A stretch of DNA of 64,000 nucleotides from assembly GCA_965204725.1 (NCBI GenBank), contig OZ242005.1, forward strand, positions 2,464,001 to 2,528,000, read 5' to 3'. The DNA is from Candidatus Latescibacterota bacterium (GTDB lineage Bacteria; Latescibacterota; UBA2968; UBA8231). The translations under genes were made by a program, and so were the position numbers. Below, one piece after another: positions 33,503 through 42,128 of this stretch (positions are counted from its first letter, which is position 1; every line of letters begins with the position of its first letter). The notes under the pieces were generated by a model, which worked only from the letters and a program-made list of their open reading frames with translations, ran no database searches and had not been told where the DNA came from.

Positions 33503-34478
33503 TCGGGACATGCTGTTTAGAGAAGCGATTGGCCTCGCCACGGCCGAGGAGATGCGACGCGACGCGACCGTCTTTGTCATGGGCGAGGACGTGGGGGCCT
33601 CGGGCGGCATCTTCAAATGCTGCGAGGGCCTCTTCGAGGAGTTCGGCGCGGAGCGCGTCATCGACACCCCCATTGCCGAGGCGGGCTATATCGGCCTCGG
33701 CGTCGGGGCCGCCATGACCGGCATGCGCCCGCTGTGCGAGCTGATGTTCGGCGACTTTTCCCTGTTGACCATGGACCAGATCGTCAATCAGGCCGCCAAA
33801 ATTCGCTACATGTCGGGCGGCCAGTGCAAGGTGCCGCTGACGATCCGGCTGTCGATGGGGGCCGGGCGCTCTTCGGCCGCGCAGCACTCGCAGAGCTTGC
33901 ACGCGCTTTTTGCCCACATTCCCGGGCTCAAAGTCGCCATCCCCGCGACGCCACGCGACGCCAAGGGCCTGCTCAAGACCGCGATCCGCGACGACAACCC
34001 CGTGCTTTTCTTTGAAGACAAGATGATGTACAACGACTCCGGCCCCGTGCCCGAAGACGACGATTTCCTCATCCCTTTTGGCGCGGCCGAGATCAAACGC
34101 GCCGGCACCGACCTGACCCTCGTCGCCACCTCTAGCATGGTCGGCGTCGCCTTGGCCGCGGCCGAAGCGCTCGCCGCCCAAGGGCTAGAAGCCGAGGTCG
34201 TCGATCCGCGCACCCTAGTACCGCTCGACAAAACAACCCTGCTCGCCTCGGTGCGCAAAACCGGCTATGCGGTCGTAATAGACGAAGGCGTTGAGCGCTA
34301 CGGCACCACGGCCGAGCTCGCTTCCATCCTCAACGCCGAGGCATTCGACTGGCTCGACGCGCCCGTCTTGCGCATCGGCGCGGCCGACGTGCCCATCCCC
34401 TTCAGCCCAGCCCTCGAGATGCCGACCATTCCCAGCCAAGAGCGCATCGTCGAGACCGTCCTGTCCCAGCGAGGGTAG
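33495..34478 (+). CDS. TPP-dependent dehydrogenase E1 beta
   Basis: GEDV, DTPIAE, DQIVNQAAK, AQHSQS, DPRTLVPLD. Confidence 0.95.
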   Translation: MPDRDMLFREAIGLATAEEMRRDATVFVMGEDVGASGGIFKCCEGLFEEFGAERVIDTPIAEAGYIGLGVGAAMTGMRPLCELMFGDFSLLTMDQIVNQAAKIRYMSGGQCKVPLTIRLSMGAGRSSAAQHSQSLHALFAHIPGLKVAIPATPRDAKGLLKTAIRDDNPVLFFEDKMMYNDSGPVPEDDDFLIPFGAAEIKRAGTDLTLVATSSMVGVALAAAEALAAQGLEAEVVDPRTLVPLDKTTLLASVRKTGYAVVIDEGVERYGTTAELASILNAEAFDWLDAPVLRIGAADVPIPFSPALEMPTIPSQERIVETVLSQRG

Positions 34479-34481
34479 GCT

Positions 34482-35387
34482 TTGTCGCGCCCGGCGTGCT
34501 TGGTCACGGGCTCTTCGAGCGGGATTGGCGCGGCCATCGTCCGCCAATTCGCGGCTCAAGGCTACGACGTGGTGGTCCACTACAACGCCGGAGAGGAACG
34601 CGCCGCGCAAATTGCCGCGGCCATTCGCGCCGAGTACGCCGTTGAGTCCTTGGTCCTCGGGGCCGATCTCTCGCAGCCAGCGGCCCCTTTCGACTTGGTC
34701 GACCGCACCTTCGCGCACTTTGGCCGCCTCGACGTAGCGGTTAGCAACAGCGGCGTGGCCAACTACGTGGCCGACGAACAGGGCCAGCTTGCGCGCTACC
34801 GCTTCAGCGACACCCCGGTCGAGCACCTCGACAAGGAGATGGCTCGCGTCCTCAGCCTCAACCTCATGGGGGCCTACCGGCTGACTCAACGCGCCCTCAA
34901 GCTCATGGCGACTCAAGCCGCGCAAGAAGCCGATCCCCTTCACCGCAGCATCCTCTTGATTACCTCCATCTCGGATACGGCCCCGGAGAGCACCCGCATT
35001 CCCTACGGCGTCAGCAAAGCCGGCCTCAATCACGTGGTCGCGGGGGCGGCCTTCGACGGCGGGCCTCATAATATCACGGTCAACGCCCTGCGCCCCGGCG
35101 TCGTCGATACGCCGATGACGAGCCGCCCTTCGGGCGTGGAGGATCCGCAATCGGGCCGCGAATTCAGCGTGGCCGAGATCTACGGTTTGATGGCCGCCGG
35201 GGGTTCCCAACCCATTCGCCGCATCGGACGCCCCGAGGACATCGCCTTCGCCGCCTACGCCTTCACCCAGATCCCCTACATGACCGGCCAACTCATCGCC
35301 GTTGACGGCGGCTTTACCCTGCCCGGCAATTTTCCCAACCGCGAAGTCTTTCTCCAAGAGGGTCTGCGCAAGCGACGATCTGGTTAG
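34482..35387 (+). CDS. SDR family oxidoreductase
   Basis: TGSSSGIG, YGVSK, YMTGQLIAVDGG. Confidence 0.93.
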   Translation: MSRPACLVTGSSSGIGAAIVRQFAAQGYDVVVHYNAGEERAAQIAAAIRAEYAVESLVLGADLSQPAAPFDLVDRTFAHFGRLDVAVSNSGVANYVADEQGQLARYRFSDTPVEHLDKEMARVLSLNLMGAYRLTQRALKLMATQAAQEADPLHRSILLITSISDTAPESTRIPYGVSKAGLNHVVAGAAFDGGPHNITVNALRPGVVDTPMTSRPSGVEDPQSGREFSVAEIYGLMAAGGSQPIRRIGRPEDIAFAAYAFTQIPYMTGQLIAVDGGFTLPGNFPNREVFLQEGLRKRRSG

Positions 35388-35444
35388 CAGCATTCGGCAG
35401 CCATGCTCGGCGCGCCGTTTACCCCATCCCCACGGAGGATCGCC

Positions 35445-36716
35445 ATGATTCGCTTCGTCCTTTTTGTCCTCGTCCTCGCCTTCGTCGCCTGCTCCGACCC
35501 GGCCCCGGTAGCCCCGCACTCTGCGGGCAAAGCCAACTGCGCCTTGTGTGGGTTTTTGGGCGACGACCGCTACACCGCTACCGACCTGCTTTTCGCCGAC
35601 GCCAATCTGGATCGGGCGGTGCGACAGGCGTTGGGCCGCCCGCAAGGACGCCTTACCTCAGAGGACCTCGCTTCTCTGACCGCGCTTTCGGCTAGCAGTA
35701 AAGATATTCGTAGCTTGGGGGGCCTTAGACAACTTACGGGCCTACAAACGCTCACTCTGAGCGACAACCAGATAGCCGATATAACCCCATTGACCCAACT
35801 GACCAACCTGAAACGGCTAGACCTGAAGAACAACCAAATAGCCGATATAACCCCACTCGCCGACCTGACGAACCTGCTTTTACTAGACCTGAGCAATAAC
35901 CAGATCGTCGATATAACTCCACTGACCCAACTGACCGAGCTGTCAAAGCTGTATCTGAACGGCAATCGGATCGCCGATATAATCCCGCTAGCCCAAATGA
36001 CCAATCTGTCAGATCTACATCTGAACTGGAACCAGATTGTCGATCTAACCCCGCTGGCTCAAATGACTGAGCTAAAAGATCTGAAACTAAGGGGCAACCA
36101 GATCGCCGACCTGACCCCGTTGACCACCTTAGACCCGAACTGGCTAGACCTAAGTTTCAACCAGATTGTCGATCTAACCCCACTGAGCGTCTTAGACCTC
36201 TTAACCCTACAGCTAAGAGGCAACCAAATTGCCGACCTAACCCCGCTGACCACCTTGAAAAGCCTGTATTGGCTCGATCTGGGCAATAACCAGATCGCCG
36301 ACCTGACCCCGCTGGCCGCCTTGAAACATCTACACACACTATTTCTGGATAACAATCAGCTATCCGATCTAACCCCGCTGGCCCAAATGATCCGCCTAGG
36401 TTGGCTGTATCTGGAACATAACCAGATAGTTGACCTAACCCCGCTGGCCTCACTGACCCAACTGACAGGACTGCTTCTGAACGACAATCAGATCGTCGAT
36501 CTAACCCCACTGACCCAACTGACCAACCTGAATAGGCTGCATCTGCACAACAATCGAATTGCAGACTTGGCCCCCTTAGTCGCCAATCCCGGCATAGATG
36601 AAGGCGTTCCGGGGTGGGTGGATTGGGTAGTTTTGCGAGGAAACCCTCTCAACAGCCAAGCTCTTACCCAACAGATTCCCGCCTTGAGAGCAAGGGGCGT
36701 CAACGTCGAATACTAG
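35445..36716 (+). CDS. Internalin-like LRR lipoprotein 1
   Basis: ATG 35445 after GGAGG; FVAC lipobox, CALC motif, FADANL cap, ~13 LRRs of mostly 22 aa, IPALRARGV end. Confidence 0.92.
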   Translation: MIRFVLFVLVLAFVACSDPAPVAPHSAGKANCALCGFLGDDRYTATDLLFADANLDRAVRQALGRPQGRLTSEDLASLTALSASSKDIRSLGGLRQLTGLQTLTLSDNQIADITPLTQLTNLKRLDLKNNQIADITPLADLTNLLLLDLSNNQIVDITPLTQLTELSKLYLNGNRIADIIPLAQMTNLSDLHLNWNQIVDLTPLAQMTELKDLKLRGNQIADLTPLTTLDPNWLDLSFNQIVDLTPLSVLDLLTLQLRGNQIADLTPLTTLKSLYWLDLGNNQIADLTPLAALKHLHTLFLDNNQLSDLTPLAQMIRLGWLYLEHNQIVDLTPLASLTQLTGLLLNDNQIVDLTPLTQLTNLNRLHLHNNRIADLAPLVANPGIDEGVPGWVDWVVLRGNPLNSQALTQQIPALRARGVNVEY

Positions 36717-36816
36717 CCCCTCCTCAGCGAAAGGTCCTACCGTGAAAGCCCAACGTCCGCTGGGTCTGGCCCTGCCGATCTAGCCCCATTTTATCCCATC
36801 CCCAAGGAGCATCGCC

Positions 36817-37923
36817 ATGATTCGCTTCCTTTTTGTCTTCGTCCTTACCCTCGTCGCCTGCTCCGACCCGGCCCCGGTAGCCCCTCCTCCCGCCGGCAAA
36901 GCCAACTGTGCTTTGTGCGGTTTCTTGGGTGACGACAAGTACACCATTGCCGAAGGGCAAGGGGGCCATGAAAGCCCCGACAGCTCGGCCGAAGCCGATA
37001 GTACACAAGCAGACGCCGAAACCGATACCGATACCGATACCGATACCGATACCGATAGCACACAAACCGACACCTCTTCGTCCTCGGCCTCCGATCTAGA
37101 AAGTTTTTTGGGGGACGACCGCTATACCGCTACCGACCAGTCTTTCGCCGACGCCGGTCTGGAGCGGGTGGTGCGACAGGCGTTGGACCGACCGCAAGGA
37201 CGCCTTACACCAGAGGACTTTGCTTCCCTGACTCGGCTCAACGCTAAACATAAGAACATTCAAAGTTTGGTCGGCCTCCAACACCTTACGGCCCTGCAAT
37301 GGTTGAACTTGCATGACAACTACATTACCGATGTGGGGCCGCTGGCCAGCCTGACCCACCTAGATACGCTATGGCTGTGGGACAACTACATTACCGATGT
37401 GGGGCCGCTAGCCAGCCTAACCAATCTGAAAGTACTGAGTCTGGATGAAAACCAAGTTGCCAATGTGGGGCCGCTGGCCAATATGACCAACCTGAAAGAA
37501 CTGTGGCTGAGTGACAACCGGGTTGCGGATGTGGGGCCGCTGGCCGGATTGACCAATCTACAATGGCTGGTCTTGTCGTCTAACCAAGTTGCGGATGTGG
37601 GGCCGCTGGCCAGTATGACCAACCTGCAATGGCTGGATTTGCAGGGCAATAGGGAAATTGCCGATATAAGTCCACTGGCCACCCTGACTAACCTGCAAGT
37701 GCTGTGGATAACCTATAGCCGGGTTTCGGATATAGAGCCGCTCGCCAATTTGACCAGCCTACAATGGTTGGATCTGGCTGGCAACCAGATTGCGGATGTG
37801 GAGCCATTGATGGGGCTGACCAACTTAGAGGCCCTTCATTTTCAAGACAATCCCCTCAGCGACCAAGCCATCAACGAACACATCCCCGCCCTGAAAGCAA
37901 GGGGCATATCCGTCCATTACTAA
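36817..37923 (+). CDS. Internalin-like LRR lipoprotein 2 with Asp/Thr/Ser linker
   Basis: Same N-terminus as LRR1, (DT)n linker, ~9 LRRs. Confidence 0.92.
   Translation: MIRFLFVFVLTLVACSDPAPVAPPPAGKANCALCGFLGDDKYTIAEGQGGHESPDSSAEADSTQADAETDTDTDTDTDTDSTQTDTSSSSASDLESFLGDDRYTATDQSFADAGLERVVRQALDRPQGRLTPEDFASLTRLNAKHKNIQSLVGLQHLTALQWLNLHDNYITDVGPLASLTHLDTLWLWDNYITDVGPLASLTNLKVLSLDENQVANVGPLANMTNLKELWLSDNRVADVGPLAGLTNLQWLVLSSNQVADVGPLASMTNLQWLDLQGNREIADISPLATLTNLQVLWITYSRVSDIEPLANLTSLQWLDLAGNQIADVEPLMGLTNLEALHFQDNPLSDQAINEHIPALKARGISVHY
37021..37056 (+). repeat. (ACCGAT)6 in-frame microsatellite
   Basis: Six perfect hexamers encoding TDTDTD. Confidence 0.95.
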
Positions 37924-37974
37924 ACCCGCCGCCATAGATTGACGATCCTATCGTGGTCGATTATCGTTCAAGGC

Positions 37975-38705
37975 ATGGTCGATTTGCAGAAGATAAAACC
38001 TCGCTTACAACGTCCGATATTGGCCCAAGTCCTGACCCAATACCCCGTTGTCGTCGTGCATGGGGCGCGTCAGACCAGCAAGACCACCTTGGCTCAAGGG
38101 TCGCCTATAGGCCAAGGGCGCGCCTTCCTTTCCTGTGCGCGGTCCATAATGGCCGTTTGCTCAACATAGCGTCCCTCGCCACAGACGCGGGCCTCGCCGC
38201 GGCCACAGCCCGGCGCTATATCAATCTATTGGAACTTTCTTTTCAGTTGACCCGAGTACCCGCCTACGCCGTCAACCGCGGCAAACGCTTGATCAAAGCA
38301 CCTAAACTGCTGTGGACCGATACTGGACTGGCGGCTCATTTGGCCGGCATCGCCGACGCGAACAACTTGGTGAGAGGACGGGAATGGGGCTTTTGGCTAG
38401 AAAACTGGGTGGGCAACCACCTGCTGGTTTGGGCGGGGCTACACGTGCCGAGGCTCCATATAACGCACTGGCGCACGGCCGATGGCCGCGAAGTAGATTT
38501 TGTCGTTGAAACCGGCCATCGGCTTATGCCCGTGGAAGTGAAGGCTACGCCGAGGCCATCGAGCAAGGATTTGGTCGGATTGAATGCTTTTCTCGATACC
38601 TATGAGGCCGCATCCTTCGGTGTGGTCGCCTGTCCGTGCCCGGCCCCCAAGGTTTTGTCGTCCCGCGTCATTGCCCTGCCGCTGAACCAGTTGTTGCTCT
38701 GCTGA
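37975..38705 (+). pseudogene. AAA ATPase-DUF4143 gene with internal deletion and frameshift
   Basis: N-terminal VVVHGARQTSKTT (degenerate Walker A) in one frame; after ~38130 another frame gives KRLIKAPKLLWTDTGL...EVDFV...PVEVK; the central part is missing. Confidence 0.8.
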
Positions 38706-38733
38706 GACAGGATTAATTGAAAGGAAGCTCCCC

Positions 38734-40161
38734 ATGCCGACGACGATCCTTCGATTAGGAATGCTCCTAATCTTAGCGGCCCTTGGCGTTCCAGCGGCAG
38801 CACAGACCGAATTATTCTTTGCCGCGGGCGTCGATAGCACCGGCTGGGCGCAGGCGCAAAGCAATGCCGACGGTCACGTGCTGATTGAATCGCCGCAGTA
38901 TCCGCGCGGCCTGTGGCTGCACTTGGTCGATGACGCGGGGGACGCGCTCGCTGGCCTGCAAGTGGAATACCAAGAGCAACCCGACCGCTTGGTGGCAATT
39001 CGTTGCGTCGATCCGGTTGGCGCGATGCGGGAGACGCTGGTTTGGACGCGGCCCGAAGGGGACGCCCTCCGCTTGACGCTCAAGCCGAAAGAAGCGGGCG
39101 ACCTGCCAGCGGGGCTAGCGTCCATAGACTGGCAAATCAACCCGAGCGTTGTATCGCTGCTCGATCCCGTGGAGGACATCTGGCCGGTCGGCTGGGAAGC
39201 GGTGGCGGCGTTTTTGCGAGCGCGGTGGCAGGATCAAGCCGGACGAGTCGCCATCCAACTTGATGCCAGTGCTTCCTTCGCCGTTGAGCTAGATCGCCCA
39301 GAGGCCATAGAGACGCTGGTGGCGCACCTGCAACAGGTACTGCAGTCAGCCGAGGCCGCACTCGGAGCAATCAATCCCTTGAAAATGCAAATGCAGGTAT
39401 TTGCGGGGAATCTGGGGCTGCAAGAAGGCGTGATCCTCCGCGTCTCTTGGTTCGACGACCCGAATCTGGAGCATGAGGTGGAGGCGGCACTAGGCCGACC
39501 ACAAGGCCCCTTTACACCAGAAGACTTTGCTACGCTGACCGAGCTTTCGGCTAACTCGAAAGACATTCGTAGTTTGGCGGGTATCGAGTACTTTGCGGCC
39601 CTGCGAAAGCTGGAGTTATACCTCAACCACATTGCTGATCTGACCCCACTAAGCCAACTAAAAAACCTAAATAGGCTAAACCTGAGATCCAATCAGATTG
39701 TTGATCTGACCCCGATAAGCCAACTAAACAGCCTACACGGGCTATATCTTGACGACAACCAGATTGTTGATCTGACCCCACTAAGCCAACTAAAAAACCT
39801 GAGGTGGCTATCTTTTGACGACAACCAGATTACTGATCTGACCCCGATAAGCCAACTAAACAGCCTAGAGTCGCTACGTCTGGGCGACAACCAGATTGTT
39901 GATCTGACCCCGATAAGCCAACTAAAAAACCTGAGGTGGCTATCTCTGGGCGGCAACCAGATTGACGATCTGACCCCGATAAGCCAACTAAACAGCCTAG
40001 AGTGGCTATATCTGGGCGGCAATCAGATTGTTGATCTGACCCCGATAAGCCAACTAAAAAACCTGAATAGGCTATATCTGTTCGGCAACCCCCTCAGCGA
40101 CCAAGCCCTCACTGAGCATATCCCCGCCCTGCAAGCACGAGGCGTCGAAGTCTACTACTAA
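38734..40161 (+). CDS. Secreted LRR protein 3 (unknown N-terminal domain plus ~8 LRRs)
   Basis: Signal peptide, ~230-aa domain shared with LRR4/5, FDDPNLE cap, 22-aa repeats. Confidence 0.92.
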   Translation: MPTTILRLGMLLILAALGVPAAAQTELFFAAGVDSTGWAQAQSNADGHVLIESPQYPRGLWLHLVDDAGDALAGLQVEYQEQPDRLVAIRCVDPVGAMRETLVWTRPEGDALRLTLKPKEAGDLPAGLASIDWQINPSVVSLLDPVEDIWPVGWEAVAAFLRARWQDQAGRVAIQLDASASFAVELDRPEAIETLVAHLQQVLQSAEAALGAINPLKMQMQVFAGNLGLQEGVILRVSWFDDPNLEHEVEAALGRPQGPFTPEDFATLTELSANSKDIRSLAGIEYFAALRKLELYLNHIADLTPLSQLKNLNRLNLRSNQIVDLTPISQLNSLHGLYLDDNQIVDLTPLSQLKNLRWLSFDDNQITDLTPISQLNSLESLRLGDNQIVDLTPISQLKNLRWLSLGGNQIDDLTPISQLNSLEWLYLGGNQIVDLTPISQLKNLNRLYLFGNPLSDQALTEHIPALQARGVEVYY

Positions 40162-40234
40162 ACCCACCCCCACCCGTCCCTCCGCTGCGAAAGGCCGCGC
40201 CGATTTTGGTATCCCTATCGCATTTATCGTATTA

Positions 40235-40335
40235 TCCCAATAGACCAAACGCGCTCGGCCGGCGTCATAATAGATCGAAGGGCGCGTCTCCACGTTAAAC
40301 GTCACAGGCTGGGAAACCGAGTAGGGAACCTTGTC
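40235..40335 (+). repeat. 101-bp leader repeat, copy 1
   Basis: Matches 42028-42128 with one mismatch; ends at the LRR4 ATG. Confidence 0.92.
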
Positions 40336-42036
40336 ATGTACCTGTCCATCCTTCGATTAGGAATGCTCCTAACACTGGCGGCAGGCGTTCCAGCCGTAGC
40401 ACAGCCCGAATTATTCTTTGCCGCGGGCGTCGATAGCACCGGCTGGGCACAGGCGCGAAGCAATGCCGATGGCCACGTGCTGATTGAATCGCCGCAGTAT
40501 CAACGGGGTCTGTGGCTGCACTTGGTCGATGACGCGGGGGACGCGCTCGCCGGCCTGCAAGTGGAATACCAAGAGCAACCCGACAGCTTGATTGCCATTC
40601 GCTGCGTCGATCCGGTTGGCGCGATGCGGGAGACGCTAATTTGGACTCGGCCCGAAGCAGACGCCCTCCGCTTGACGCTCAAGCCGAAAGAAGCGGGCGA
40701 CCTGCCGGCGGGGCTCAGCCGCATGGACTGGCGCATTGATCCAACTGCTGAAGCACTGTTGGAGCCGGTGGCGGAAATCCGGCGGATTGGATGGGAAGCG
40801 GTGGCGGCGTTTTTGCGAGCGCATTGGCAGAATCAAGCCGGACGAGTGGCAGTGCAGTTCAATGCCCGCACCTTGGCGATTGAAGTGGATCACCCAGAGG
40901 ACGTCGAGACGCTGGTGACGCACCTGCAACAGACACCGCAGCCAGCCGATGCCGCGCTCGGAACAATCAATCTCTTGGCAATGCAGGTATTTGCGGGGAA
41001 TCTGGGGCTACAAGAAGGCGCGATCCTTCTCCGCATCCCTTTGTTCGACGACCCGAATCTGGAGAGCGTGGTGAGGAAGGCACTAGGCCGACCACAAGGC
41101 CCCTTTACACCAGAGGATTTTGCTTCTCTGACCGAACTTTCGGCCATCAGGAAATCCATTCTTAGTTTGGCGGGTATCGAGTACTTTGCGGCCCTGCGAA
41201 AGCTAGTGTTATACGGCAACCTGATTACTGATCTGACCCCAATAGGTCAATTAAAAAGCCTAGATACGCTAGGGCTGGGCGAGAACCGGATCGTTGACCT
41301 GAACCCAATTAGCCAACTAAACAGCCTGAAACTGCTATCTCTTGCCTACAACCAGATCATCGACTTGACCCCACTAAACGAACTAAAAAGCCTGAATGCG
41401 CTATATCTTGGCGAGAACCGGATCGTTGACCTGACCCCAATTAGCCAATTAAAAAACCTGCGATTCCTAGAGCTGTCCCATAACGAGACTGACGACCTGA
41501 CCCTAATTAGCCAACTAAATAGCCTAGAGTGGCTCGGCCTGTCCGGCAACCAGATTGACGATCTAACCCCAATTAGCCAGTTAAAAAACCTGAATAGGCT
41601 ATGGCTGTCCCATAACGAGATTGACGACCTGAACCCAATTAGCCAATTAAAAAACCTGCAATACCTATTCCTGAGCAGAAACCGGATCGTTGACCTGAAC
41701 CCATTAAACCAACTAAAAAGCCTGCAACACCTACGTCTGGACGAGAACCGGATCGTTGACCTGAACCCAATTAGCCAACTAAAAAACCTGCAATACCTAT
41801 TTCTGAACAGAAACCGGATCGTTGACCTGAACCCAATTAGCCAACTAGACAGCCTGAAGCACCTAAGACTGTCCCGCAACCCGATTACCGACCTAAGCCC
41901 TCTAGTCGCTCATTCCGGGCTAGGAGACGGTGATGAGGTGTATTTGGAAAGCATTATCCTCAGCGACCAAGCCCTTACCGAACATATCCCCGCTCTGAAA
42001 GCGCGAGGCGTCACTGTTTACTATACTTCCCAATAG
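40336..42036 (+). CDS. Secreted LRR protein 4 (~11 LRRs)
   Basis: Paralog of LRR3/5; its stop codon lies inside leader repeat copy 2. Confidence 0.92.
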   Translation: MYLSILRLGMLLTLAAGVPAVAQPELFFAAGVDSTGWAQARSNADGHVLIESPQYQRGLWLHLVDDAGDALAGLQVEYQEQPDSLIAIRCVDPVGAMRETLIWTRPEADALRLTLKPKEAGDLPAGLSRMDWRIDPTAEALLEPVAEIRRIGWEAVAAFLRAHWQNQAGRVAVQFNARTLAIEVDHPEDVETLVTHLQQTPQPADAALGTINLLAMQVFAGNLGLQEGAILLRIPLFDDPNLESVVRKALGRPQGPFTPEDFASLTELSAIRKSILSLAGIEYFAALRKLVLYGNLITDLTPIGQLKSLDTLGLGENRIVDLNPISQLNSLKLLSLAYNQIIDLTPLNELKSLNALYLGENRIVDLTPISQLKNLRFLELSHNETDDLTLISQLNSLEWLGLSGNQIDDLTPISQLKNLNRLWLSHNEIDDLNPISQLKNLQYLFLSRNRIVDLNPLNQLKSLQHLRLDENRIVDLNPISQLKNLQYLFLNRNRIVDLNPISQLDSLKHLRLSRNPITDLSPLVAHSGLGDGDEVYLESIILSDQALTEHIPALKARGVTVYYTSQ

Positions 42037-42128
42037 ACCAAACGCGCTCGGCCGGCGTCATAATGGATCGAAGGGCGCGTCTCCACGTTAAACGTCACAG
42101 GCTGGGAAACCGAGTAGGGAACCTTGTC
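42028..42128 (+). repeat. 101-bp leader repeat, copy 2
   Basis: Matches 40235-40335; ends at the LRR5 ATG. Confidence 0.92.

Noticed and set aside
34215-35645. 476-aa minus-strand ORF and similar long antisense ORFs (1517-2770, 25045-26076, 47285-48409)
   Set aside because: Shadow frames of well-supported genes in high-GC DNA, with no recognisable motifs.
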